A DNA stretch of 64,000 bases from Alphaproteobacteria bacterium (GTDB lineage Bacteria; Pseudomonadota; Alphaproteobacteria; SP197), in NCBI GenBank assembly GCA_965228895.1, contig OZ245842.1:608001-672000 (forward strand). Reading direction: 5' to 3'. A program made the position numbers and the translations under genes. Numbering within the stretch: position 1 is the stretch's first letter; every line of letters begins with the position of its first letter. Below, one piece after another: positions 18,698 through 27,424 of the stretch. Under the pieces are notes generated by a model, which searched no databases, was not told where the DNA came from, and saw only the letters and a program-made list of their open reading frames with translations.

Positions 18698-20283
18698 CGA
18701 CCAGCGTCGACCCCTTCACCGTCGAGGTGATCCGCCACGCCATCACGGCGATCGCCGAGGAGATGTCCTATGTGGTCATGCGCTCGGCACGCTCGCCGCT
18801 GCTGCGCGAGGCCGGCGACCTTTCCTCGGCCCTGACCGACGCCGACGGTAACCTGATCGCCCAGGGCCGCGACATTCCCGTCCATATGGGTGTCATGTGC
18901 GCGACCGTGCGCGAGTTTCTGAAGCGGGTGCCGGCGAAGCGCCTGGCGCCAGGCGATGTCTGGTTCGTCAATTTGCCGGAGGTCGGCGGTAATCATCTGC
19001 CGGACGTCAAAGCGATTCGGCCGGTGTTTTTTGACGACGCGTTGCAGGCGTTTGCGGTCAGCCTGGCCCATTGGGCCGATATCGGCGGCGGCCGTCCCGG
19101 CAGCTATGTGCCCAACGCCCGCGATGCCTGGCAGGAAGGCCTGCGTATTCCGCCGACGCGCCTCTTTACCGCCGATGGGCCGGATCGCGAGAAGCTGGGT
19201 TTTGTCACCGCCAATGTGCGCGGCGCGGTCGAGCGTGAAGGCGACATCCTGGCGCAGATGGCGGCGACCCGCGCCGCCGACGAGGCCTTGCAGGGGCTGT
19301 TTGCCGATCACGGCGCCGATACGGTGCAGCAGGCCATCATCGCCCTGCACGACCAATCCGAAAGCGCCATGCGCCAGGCGTTGTCCGATCTGCCCGACGG
19401 CGTTTATGTGGGCGAGGACCAGCTCGACGACGACGGCGCGGGCGGCCCGCCGGTTGCCATTCGCGTCACGCTGACGATCGACGGCGATCGCGCGGTCGTC
19501 GACTTCTCCGCTTGCGATGACGCCACGCCCGGCCCGCTGAACGCGACGCCGTTCTCGACCGCGGCCAGCGTTTTCTACGCATTGAAAGCGGTGGCTGGGC
19601 CGGACATTCAGCCGAACGCCGGCTGTTATCGGCCCCTCGACATCATCACGCGGGCGGGCTCGTTACTGGAACCAACCGTCGACAAGCCGGTTGTTGGCGG
19701 CAACCACGAGACGACCCAGCGTGTCGCCGACGCCATCTTCCGCGCGCTGGAGCCTGTCGTGCCGGAACGGTTGACGGCGGGGTGCGCGGCGACATCAGGT
19801 CTGCTGTTGTTCGGCGGTCGCGATCCGCGCACGGGTGCATGGACGACTCTTTATGAGGTCCATGGCGGTGGCGAGGGCGCGCGTCACGACCGCGACGGCA
19901 TGCCGGTCATCCGCCCGCACATGTCCAACGTCATGAACACGCCGGCCGAGGTGATCGAGACCAACTACCCGATCCGTCTGGTGCGCCAACGGCTGCGTCA
20001 GGGCTCGGGCGGCCAGGGCCGTCACCGGGGCGGTGAAGGACAGGAACGCGTCTATGAAATTGTCGCCGATGAGATGTGGCTGACGTCCATGGTCGACCGC
20101 GCGGTGATCCCGCCCTATGGCCTGCAGGGCGGCAAGCCAGGCGCGCCCTATCGCATCACGTTGCGGCGCGCCGACGGCACGGTCGAACAACTGGGCGGCA
20201 AGGACGAGGCGCGCCTGACGAAAGGCGACAAGGTGATGATCGAAACCAGCGGTGGCGGCGGGTTTGGCGCCGCCGACGCCTGA
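18694..20283 (+). CDS. hyuB: Hydantoinase B/oxoprolinase subunit (second copy)
   Basis: DPFTVEVI, GGNHLPD, HWADIGG, QEGLRIPP, NTPAEVIE, GGGGFG; ATGA overlap. Confidence 0.93.
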   Translation: MTTSVDPFTVEVIRHAITAIAEEMSYVVMRSARSPLLREAGDLSSALTDADGNLIAQGRDIPVHMGVMCATVREFLKRVPAKRLAPGDVWFVNLPEVGGNHLPDVKAIRPVFFDDALQAFAVSLAHWADIGGGRPGSYVPNARDAWQEGLRIPPTRLFTADGPDREKLGFVTANVRGAVEREGDILAQMAATRAADEALQGLFADHGADTVQQAIIALHDQSESAMRQALSDLPDGVYVGEDQLDDDGAGGPPVAIRVTLTIDGDRAVVDFSACDDATPGPLNATPFSTAASVFYALKAVAGPDIQPNAGCYRPLDIITRAGSLLEPTVDKPVVGGNHETTQRVADAIFRALEPVVPERLTAGCAATSGLLLFGGRDPRTGAWTTLYEVHGGGEGARHDRDGMPVIRPHMSNVMNTPAEVIETNYPIRLVRQRLRQGSGGQGRHRGGEGQERVYEIVADEMWLTSMVDRAVIPPYGLQGGKPGAPYRITLRRADGTVEQLGGKDEARLTKGDKVMIETSGGGGFGAADA

Positions 20284-20306
20284 CCGGATAACGGGTGGAG
20301 GATGTC

Positions 20307-21089
20307 ATGAGACTGGACGGCAAGACGGCACTGGTGACCGGCGCGGCCCAAGGGATGGGCAGCGCTATCTGCAAGGCGATGGCGGCGGAAGGTTGCGATC
20401 TCATGCTCGCCGCGCGCACCCAGGGCCCGCTCGATGAGCTGGCCGAAGAGCTGCGCGCCATGGGTCGCCGTGCAGAGGTCGTTACCTGCGATGTCGTTCA
20501 GGAAGATCAGGTTGCCGACATGGTCGAGGCGGCCCTGAAGGCCTTTGACGGCAAGCTCGACATTCTTGTCAACGTGGCCGGCGCGACGGGCCCGATCGAA
20601 ACACCGGTCTGGCAGATCGACCAAAAGGCTTTCGATGAGCTCGTACGGACAAACCTGCAGGGGACCTTCCTGCCGATCAAACACGTGCTGCCGTCCATGG
20701 TCGAGCGGCGCTACGGCAAGATCGTCAACATCGGCGGCAGTTCGGGCATGCGCGGGTACCGCTACCGTGCCGCCTATAGTTCGTCGAAGTGGTCAGTTCG
20801 TGGCCTGACCCGCACCACCGCGCTCGACGTCGGCGAATACAACATCAACGTCAACGCGGTCATGCCGGGCATCGTCGAGACGCCGCGCATGCACAAGCTG
20901 TGCGAGGAAAAAGCGAGGGTGCGCGGCTGGACCTTCGACCAGGTCTATGACGAATACGTGCAGGACATGGCGCTCAAGCGCGTCACGACGCCCGAGGATA
21001 TTGCCCATGCGGTGGTGTTCCTGGCGACCGACGAAGCGCGTCAGATCACCGGCCAGGAAATCGTCGTCGACGGCGGCTGGGACGTCTGA
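20307..21089 (+). CDS. Short-chain dehydrogenase/reductase (SDR)
   Basis: TGAAQGMG, NVAG, YSSSK; GGAGG RBS upstream. Confidence 0.92.
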   Translation: MRLDGKTALVTGAAQGMGSAICKAMAAEGCDLMLAARTQGPLDELAEELRAMGRRAEVVTCDVVQEDQVADMVEAALKAFDGKLDILVNVAGATGPIETPVWQIDQKAFDELVRTNLQGTFLPIKHVLPSMVERRYGKIVNIGGSSGMRGYRYRAAYSSSKWSVRGLTRTTALDVGEYNINVNAVMPGIVETPRMHKLCEEKARVRGWTFDQVYDEYVQDMALKRVTTPEDIAHAVVFLATDEARQITGQEIVVDGGWDV

Positions 21090-21117
21090 CCGCTCGAAAC
21101 AACATGGAGGAAACGAC

Positions 21118-21996
21118 ATGTTACTGAGTTTCGACCTTATCGAACCACGCACGTTATCGGAGGCGCTCGATGCACTGGCGTCGGGCGGTCTGCCCTATGC
21201 CGGCGGCACCAATCTGATCCCCGACCTGCGCTCGGGTAAGGGCCCGGCGGGACCGTTCGTCTCGTTGGCTGCCCTGGACGATCTGCGTGGCATCACGCTT
21301 GACGGCGACGTCGTTGTCATGGGCGCGCGCACGACCATGAGCGACATCCTGAACACCGCCGACATGCGCCGCTGGGCACCGTCTTTGGTCGCCCAAGCCG
21401 ACGTCTTTGCCGGCCACATGGTGCGCAACACGGCGACCGTGGGCGGCAACATCTGCTATGGCTCGCCGTCGGCCGATGTCGTGCCGCCGCTTCTGGCGCT
21501 TGACGCCGAGGTGCTGGTCGCCGGACCCGGCGGCGAACGCGCCATGGCGCTGGAGCGTTTCCTGCTCGACTACAAGAAGACGGCGTTGCAACCGGGCGAA
21601 CTCCTCACAGCGATACGCTGGCAGGTGCCGCCCGAAAACGAGACCCATCTCTTCTATAAGCTTGGACGGCGCAAGGGTGATGCGATCACCGTGACCGGTG
21701 TCGCCGTCGCGCTTGCCGCTGAGCAGGGTCGTTGCACGCGTGCCCGCATTGCGCTGGGTTCGGTTGCGCCGACCGTGTTCCGCGCCCGCGAAGCCGAACG
21801 GTTTCTGGAAGGCCAGCTGGTGTTGCCATCGCTGATCGATGTCGCCGGACGTCAGGCGGCAGCCATGTGCAAGCCGATCAACGATGTGCGCGCCAGCGGC
21901 GCTTATCGCCGCCATACCGCCTTCGCCTTGACCCAGCGCCTATTGACCCAGGCCTGGGAGCGTGTCGGCGGACCCGCCGCAGGGAGGCTGCAATGA
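21118..21996 (+). CDS. Xanthine dehydrogenase family, FAD-binding (medium, CoxM-like) subunit
   Basis: AGGTNL, VRNTATVGGN, SPSAD, DVRASGAYR; GGAGG RBS. Confidence 0.92.
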   Translation: MLLSFDLIEPRTLSEALDALASGGLPYAGGTNLIPDLRSGKGPAGPFVSLAALDDLRGITLDGDVVVMGARTTMSDILNTADMRRWAPSLVAQADVFAGHMVRNTATVGGNICYGSPSADVVPPLLALDAEVLVAGPGGERAMALERFLLDYKKTALQPGELLTAIRWQVPPENETHLFYKLGRRKGDAITVTGVAVALAAEQGRCTRARIALGSVAPTVFRAREAERFLEGQLVLPSLIDVAGRQAAAMCKPINDVRASGAYRRHTAFALTQRLLTQAWERVGGPAAGRLQ

Positions 21997-22481
21997 CCGA
22001 TATGCGAACGATTACCCTGACTGTTAATGGACGGTTCCACGAGGTCGCCGTGCCCGCCCATCGCACGCTCTTAGAACTGCTGCGCGAGCTCGGCCATGTC
22101 GACGTCAAGTGCGGCTGCGAGAAGGGCGATTGCGGTGCCTGTGCTGTGCTGTTGGACGGTGTCGCCGTCGATAGCTGCCTGACGCTGAGCAGACTGGCCG
22201 ATGGCTGCGCCATCACGACCGTCGCCGGCTTGGGCAATACCGAAAACCCTCATCCCCTGCAGACCGCCTTCATCGAGCATGGTGCCGTTCAGTGCGGGTA
22301 CTGTATTCCCGGCATGATCATCGCCGCCAAGGCGTTGCTCGATGATTTTCCCGACCCCAGCGACGACGACATCCGCCGGGGACTAAGCGGCAATCTCTGC
22401 CGCTGCACCGGTTACACACGGATCTTCTCCGCGATCAAGGACGCGGCCGCTGTGATACGCGCCCAAGGAGGTGCCCCATGA
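21993..22481 (+). CDS. Xanthine dehydrogenase family, 2x[2Fe-2S] (small, CoxS-like) subunit
   Basis: [26 protein letters not shown]; ATGA overlap. Confidence 0.94.
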   Translation: MTDMRTITLTVNGRFHEVAVPAHRTLLELLRELGHVDVKCGCEKGDCGACAVLLDGVAVDSCLTLSRLADGCAITTVAGLGNTENPHPLQTAFIEHGAVQCGYCIPGMIIAAKALLDDFPDPSDDDIRRGLSGNLCRCTGYTRIFSAIKDAAAVIRAQGGAP

Positions 22482-24802
22482 CCGATCAACCGACATCACC
22501 GCCGGCACCGGCCAATGTGCAGTTGTCTCAAGTCGGCCAGCCGATCGTCAGAACAGACGCGCCGGGCAAGGCGTTCGGCACCACGACCTATGCCGGCGAT
22601 ATCGTCATGCCCAACATGCTGCATGGGGTCGTGGTGCGTGCCGATCGTCCCAGCGCGACTATTGCCGCGCTTGACGTTGATAAGGCCAGGGCTTTGCCGG
22701 GCGTACACTGCGTTGTCACGGCTGAGGACCTGCCCGCCCGCATGGTGATGACCGATATTCCCGGACAGACCGGCGGCAAGACCAAGATCACGTCCCAGCC
22801 CATGTTGGCGCCCGACCGGGTCAAGTTCGAAGGCGAGGCTATCGCCCTGATCGCCGCCGAGACACTTGATATCGCCCATCATGCGCGCGATCTGGTCGAG
22901 ATCACCTATGAGGATTATCCCGGCGTGTTCGATCCGGTCGACGCCTTGAAGCCGGATGCGCCCAAGGTCTTTGGCGACGACAACGTGGTTGCCAGCTACC
23001 GGATACGGCGCGGCGATGTGGAGAAGGGGTTCGCCGATGCCGACCACATCATCGAGAACACCTTCAAGACGCCCTATCAGGAACAGGCGTTTCTGGAGCC
23101 GGAGGCCGGCGTCGCCTGGGTCGACGAGCACGACGTCATCAACATCCGGGTCAGCACGCAGGTGGTCGAGCATTTCCGCGCGATCGCCGATGCGCTCGGT
23201 CTGCCGCACAACAAGGTCCACCTGAAGGCGGAGTATGTCGGTGGCGGTTTTGGCGGCAAAGAGAGCATCACCATCGAGACCTATCTGGCGCTCCTCGCGC
23301 TTCGCGCGCGCCGCCCGGTCAAGCTTGTCCTACCGCGCGAGGAATCGTTCCTGGCCCACGGTAAGCGCCACCCCTTTACCTTCAAACACAAGACCGGCGT
23401 CACCAAGGACGGCCGGATCGTCGCGGCCCAGGTCGAGGTGACCGGCGATGCCGGACCCTATGCGACGTTGAGCCCTTATGTGTTGCTCTACGCCACCGTC
23501 TCGGCGTGCGGTCCCTACCGGATCGACAACATCAAGATCGACTCGGTGGTGGCCGCGACCAACAACCTGCAGACCGACGCCTTTCGTGGCTTCGGCGCCA
23601 TGCAGGCATGCTGCGCCTATGAGCAGCAGATGGACGAGATCGCCAAGCTGCTCGGCATCGATCGCCTGGAGTTGCGCAAGCGGAACTATCTGAAGACGGG
23701 CGAGGCCAACGCGACCGGTCAGGTCGTCGAAAGCGCGGTGTGGAGCGAACAATGCGCGACAGCCGCGCTCGAGGCGTTGGGCGAGCCGACGCCATCCCAT
23801 GGACCCGTCAAAATCGGTCGTGGTTTCGCCAACTACCAGCAGAGCTATGGCCGTATCCGTTGGTTCAAGGATTCCAGCGAAGCCTGGGTTGGTATCGAGG
23901 TTGACGGCGCGGTCACCGTGCGGTCAGCGGTGACCGATATTGGCGCCGGCCAGTCGTCGGCGTTGGCGCAGATTGCCGCCGAGGTGCTCGGTGTGCCGAT
24001 GGAGCGTGTCTTGACCTATTTCGGTGACACCGCGCTTAACCCCCTGGCCGGCACGATTTCGGCGAGCCGGGCGCTCTATATGTCGGGCAACGCGGTGAAG
24101 CTCGCCGCGACCCATGTGCGCGACAACCTTCTGGTCTGGGCGAGCGAGCATTTTTGCGTCAATGCGGACGCGCTCGACCTGCGCGATGATAAGGTATTCG
24201 TCACCGATGATCCCGAGCGCTCGATGTCGATTCCCGACTTGGTCAAGGCCTGTGCCAGCGCCGGCGTGCACCGCCACGATCTCGCGATCTTTCGGGCGCC
24301 GTCCAGCGAGGGCCTGGATCCTGAGACCGGTCAGGGCGAGGTGTTCCCGGACTTCACCTTCGGCGCCCATGCGGTGGAGGTCGCGGTCGATACGGAGACA
24401 GGCGAGGTAACGGTGTTAAAGAGCGTCGGCGCCCATGATGTCGGTCAAGCCGTCAACCCGCGCGCCGTCGAAGGCCAGATCGAAGGCAGTGCCTTGATGG
24501 GGCAGGGTTTTGCGCTCTCAGAAGACATGTTGGTCCATGAAGGTCGCCTGATGACATCGTCATTCAGCGAGTATCTGATGCCGACCTCCGAAGACGTCCC
24601 GGAGATCACGTCGATCATCCTGGAGTCGCGTTCTGGCCTCGGCCCTTACGGCGCCAAGGGAATCGGCGAGCCGGCCTATGCCCCAGTCGCCGCCTCGATC
24701 GCCAACGCCGTCGCCGATGCCATCGGCATTCGGATCAAGAGCTTGCCGATTACGCCGGAACGGGTGGTGGCGAACCTGGCGCTTCACGGTCCGATCGGCT
24801 GA
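22478..24802 (+). CDS. Xanthine dehydrogenase family, molybdopterin-binding (large) subunit
   Basis: VGGGFGGKE, AFRGFG, GQIEG, GAKGIGEP (catalytic Glu); lacks the form I CO dehydrogenase AYxCSFR loop. Confidence 0.94.
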   Translation: MTDQPTSPPAPANVQLSQVGQPIVRTDAPGKAFGTTTYAGDIVMPNMLHGVVVRADRPSATIAALDVDKARALPGVHCVVTAEDLPARMVMTDIPGQTGGKTKITSQPMLAPDRVKFEGEAIALIAAETLDIAHHARDLVEITYEDYPGVFDPVDALKPDAPKVFGDDNVVASYRIRRGDVEKGFADADHIIENTFKTPYQEQAFLEPEAGVAWVDEHDVINIRVSTQVVEHFRAIADALGLPHNKVHLKAEYVGGGFGGKESITIETYLALLALRARRPVKLVLPREESFLAHGKRHPFTFKHKTGVTKDGRIVAAQVEVTGDAGPYATLSPYVLLYATVSACGPYRIDNIKIDSVVAATNNLQTDAFRGFGAMQACCAYEQQMDEIAKLLGIDRLELRKRNYLKTGEANATGQVVESAVWSEQCATAALEALGEPTPSHGPVKIGRGFANYQQSYGRIRWFKDSSEAWVGIEVDGAVTVRSAVTDIGAGQSSALAQIAAEVLGVPMERVLTYFGDTALNPLAGTISASRALYMSGNAVKLAATHVRDNLLVWASEHFCVNADALDLRDDKVFVTDDPERSMSIPDLVKACASAGVHRHDLAIFRAPSSEGLDPETGQGEVFPDFTFGAHAVEVAVDTETGEVTVLKSVGAHDVGQAVNPRAVEGQIEGSALMGQGFALSEDMLVHEGRLMTSSFSEYLMPTSEDVPEITSIILESRSGLGPYGAKGIGEPAYAPVAASIANAVADAIGIRIKSLPITPERVVANLALHGPIG

Positions 24803-24830
24803 CGGCGTGAGAAGAGGGGAACGGGCGGCG

Positions 24831-24844
24831 TTGACATGGATCAA
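24831..24844 (+). promoter_or_regulatory. FNR/CRP-family (FnrL/FixK/NnrR-type) binding site
   Basis: TTGAC-ATGG-ATCAA versus consensus TTGAT-N4-ATCAA; -10-like TATGCT at 24866-24871 fits class II spacing. Confidence 0.75.
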
Positions 24845-24876
24845 CGGTTCGTTTCCCGGGTGCCGTATGCTTCGCA

Positions 24877-24899
24877 TGTGATGCGACTGTCGCATCACA
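24877..24899. promoter_or_regulatory. Perfect 11-bp inverted repeat over the predicted transcription start (operator or 5' hairpin)
   Basis: TGTGATGCGAC-T-GTCGCATCACA. Confidence 0.5.
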
Positions 24900-24950
24900 G
24901 TCAGGTGCTATGCACCGGCCAAATCTGTTGCCATCGCGCGGGAGGTCAGG

Positions 24951-25490
24951 GTGACGGCACCAATGGTGATTGATGGTCAGACCAAGCTGATCGATGCGTG
25001 GCTGGAGTGCGAGGACCTGCTCGACCGGTTCCGCGCCTACAACCCGGCCTTCAAGGAGTTCCTGCGCGTCCTGGGTGACGAGGACGTCGCGCGCGAACTG
25101 TCGCTGGCCGATATTGCCAGCATGGTCGCGAGTCCGGAGGACGACTTGGTCGCCCTGGCCAACGGAGAACAGGTAGAGTCTACCCCATCGAAGCCGATGA
25201 TCTCAGACACGGATCCCGTGTCGTGGTTCGACGATGTCGATGTCAGCGAAGCCTGCCTTGTCGACACCAGGCCGATTTTCGAAAGCGGCAAGGAGCCTCT
25301 GGCTGTCATTCTTCAGATGGTGGCCGCGGCCGATCGCGATGACATTCTTATCGTCGATGCGCCGTTCTGCCCGGCGCCGCTGCGCCGTCTGCTCGCGCGC
25401 CGGGGCTATGAGTCCGGGGTCAAGGAGCTTGCCGCCAGCCACTGGCGCTGCGCCTTCAAGCCGATGGGCCATGAGGTATCGCCGCGATGA
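24951..25490 (+). CDS. DUF2249 domain protein with probable DUF1858-like N-terminus
   Basis: C-terminal VDTRP..ESGKEPL..I...APFCPAPL..LL..RGY......W pattern; GGGAGG RBS. Confidence 0.7.
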   Translation: MTAPMVIDGQTKLIDAWLECEDLLDRFRAYNPAFKEFLRVLGDEDVARELSLADIASMVASPEDDLVALANGEQVESTPSKPMISDTDPVSWFDDVDVSEACLVDTRPIFESGKEPLAVILQMVAAADRDDILIVDAPFCPAPLRRLLARRGYESGVKELAASHWRCAFKPMGHEVSPR

Positions 25491-26035
25491 CGACGAACGC
25501 ACAGGAAGCCGCGTCGGTGGATGATGGTCTTCCGATTGCCGCTGTTCTTTCCGACGCCTCCAATTCCGCCGGTCTCGTCTTGACGGACGTTGCACGGCAC
25601 CTCCGGCGTGAGGGATGTCGCCTCGCCGGCGCGGTGCAGACCGCTGACCCCGAGGAGGCACGTCAGGGTGCTTGTGTCATGACACTCAGTGTTTTGCCGG
25701 ACGGTCCGGAGCTGCCGATCTGGCAGGAGCTCGGCCAGCATGCCAAGGGCTGCCGACTGAACCATGAAGCGCTCGAAGATGTCGTCGGCTTGGTCGATCG
25801 CGCGATCGACAGCTCGACTGATGTTCTGATCATCAACAAGTTTGGCAAACGCGAAGGCGAGGGCGCAGGGTTCCGGCAAACGATCGCGCGGGCGATCGAT
25901 ATGGACATTCCCGTTCTGGTCGGCATCAGCGACGCTGAACGGCGGGCCTTCGAGAGTTTCGTGGGTGGCGCCGGTCAAGTGTTGCCGGCGCGCGTCGACG
26001 ATGTCCTGGCGTGGTACCGCGACGCCTCGACCTGA
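25487..26035 (+). CDS. DUF2478 domain protein
   Basis: RLAGAVQ, IWQELG..A.GCRL, LIINKFGKRE.EG.G; ATGA overlap. Confidence 0.85.
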   Translation: MTTNAQEAASVDDGLPIAAVLSDASNSAGLVLTDVARHLRREGCRLAGAVQTADPEEARQGACVMTLSVLPDGPELPIWQELGQHAKGCRLNHEALEDVVGLVDRAIDSSTDVLIINKFGKREGEGAGFRQTIARAIDMDIPVLVGISDAERRAFESFVGGAGQVLPARVDDVLAWYRDAST

Positions 26036-26092
26036 CGAAGCCATTTGTTTCGGAGGCGGTTTCTTAGCGACGCCGCAGCTTGACGGCGTGGC

Positions 26093-27424
26093 TTACTCGC
26101 GAAACGCGCGATTGAGCCCGGCCGAGATGGGGTCGAACAGATAGGCAAGGGCGGTGCGCTCGCCGGTCAAGATCATCACTTCCGCCGGCATGCCCGGAAC
26201 CAGATCGACATCATCGAGGCGTGCGATTTGCTCGGGCGGAATCACGATACGGGCCTCGTAGTAGCTTTCGCCGCTTCGCGGATCGTCCAGAAGATCGGCC
26301 GAGACTGTCAGGAGCTGGCCTTCAAGAGTCGGCGTGTTGCGCTGGCTCAGGCCGCTCATTCTTACTTCCGCCGACTGACCGATCACGACATTCTCGATGT
26401 CGTCAGGCCGCACGCGCGCTTCGATGATCAAGGGATCGTCGTGGGGCACGATGTGCATGATGTCGTCGCCGGGCGCGATGACACCGCCCACTGTGTGGGT
26501 GTTCAGGCCCAGGACCGTGCCATCCGCAGGCGCATGAAGGGTGATCCGGTCCATCACATCGGCCGCACCGATCTGGCGCTGTTCGAGATCGAAGATCTGC
26601 GACTGGATATCGCGCAGTTCGGTGACAACTTGTTCGCGTCGACTCTTTTCAAGCTGGATGATCTGCAGTTCCGCTTCGCCAATCGCGGTCTCGGCCCGCG
26701 CGATCGCAGCCAGATCTTCGCCGCGCTCACCGCGCAGGTGCTCGGATTCCCGCTCAAGCGCCAGGATGCGGCTGCGCGTCACATAGCCCTCTTCATAAAG
26801 CTCGCGAAGGCCCTCCAATTCCTGCTCGATGAGTTGAATCTGCTGGTAGCTTGCCGATTGCTGGACCTGCAGGCCGGAAATCTGGTCGTGCAGTTGCTCG
26901 ATTCGCTGATGCAAGATGCCGACTTCGCCGTCGAGGCTGTCGCGCCGCGCGACAAACAGCAGCTCCTGACCCGCCAAGATCATGGCGAGCTCGGACTCAC
27001 CGCGGCGGGCGTCAAGTTCCGGCGGAAAGGTGATCGTCTCCACACCGTCGCGTTCAGCGATAAGGCGGGCCTCGTTCGCCAGGGCTAGATCGAGCTGGCC
27101 GCTGACGATCGACATCGTCGCTTGGGCCCGTGTTGCGTCGAGGCGCAGCAGGGGGTCGCCTTGTCGAACCACATCGCCGTCACGCACGAAGATTTCCTGG
27201 ACAATGCCGCCTTCCAGGTGCTGGACGGTGCGCCAACTGCTGTCCACGGTCACGACGCCGGGCGCGATGGCGGCGCTGCTCAACTGCGCCGTGGCGGCCC
27301 AGGTGCCGACGCCGCCGAACAGCAGAGCCACGATGATCATGCCGCCAAGCACAAAACCGCCCGTCTTGCGCTTGGGTTGGGGAACGACTTCACGTCCGTT
27401 GGACGACAGCAATGTCATGCTCAT
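26093..27424 (-). CDS. HlyD-family type I secretion periplasmic adaptor (PrtE/AprE-like)
   Basis: N-terminal TM, VQHLEGGIV, coiled coil, AP.DG.V, LVPGMPAEV.I.TGERT. Confidence 0.95.
   Translation of the reverse strand: MSMTLLSSNGREVVPQPKRKTGGFVLGGMIIVALLFGGVGTWAATAQLSSAAIAPGVVTVDSSWRTVQHLEGGIVQEIFVRDGDVVRQGDPLLRLDATRAQATMSIVSGQLDLALANEARLIAERDGVETITFPPELDARRGESELAMILAGQELLFVARRDSLDGEVGILHQRIEQLHDQISGLQVQQSASYQQIQLIEQELEGLRELYEEGYVTRSRILALERESEHLRGERGEDLAAIARAETAIGEAELQIIQLEKSRREQVVTELRDIQSQIFDLEQRQIGAADVMDRITLHAPADGTVLGLNTHTVGGVIAPGDDIMHIVPHDDPLIIEARVRPDDIENVVIGQSAEVRMSGLSQRNTPTLEGQLLTVSADLLDDPRSGESYYEARIVIPPEQIARLDDVDLVPGMPAEVMILTGERTALAYLFDPISAGLNRAFRE

Noticed and set aside
21118-24802. 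Aerobic CO dehydrogenase (coxMSL gene order)
   Set aside because: The large subunit has AFRGFG rather than AYxCSFR, and there are no cox accessory genes.
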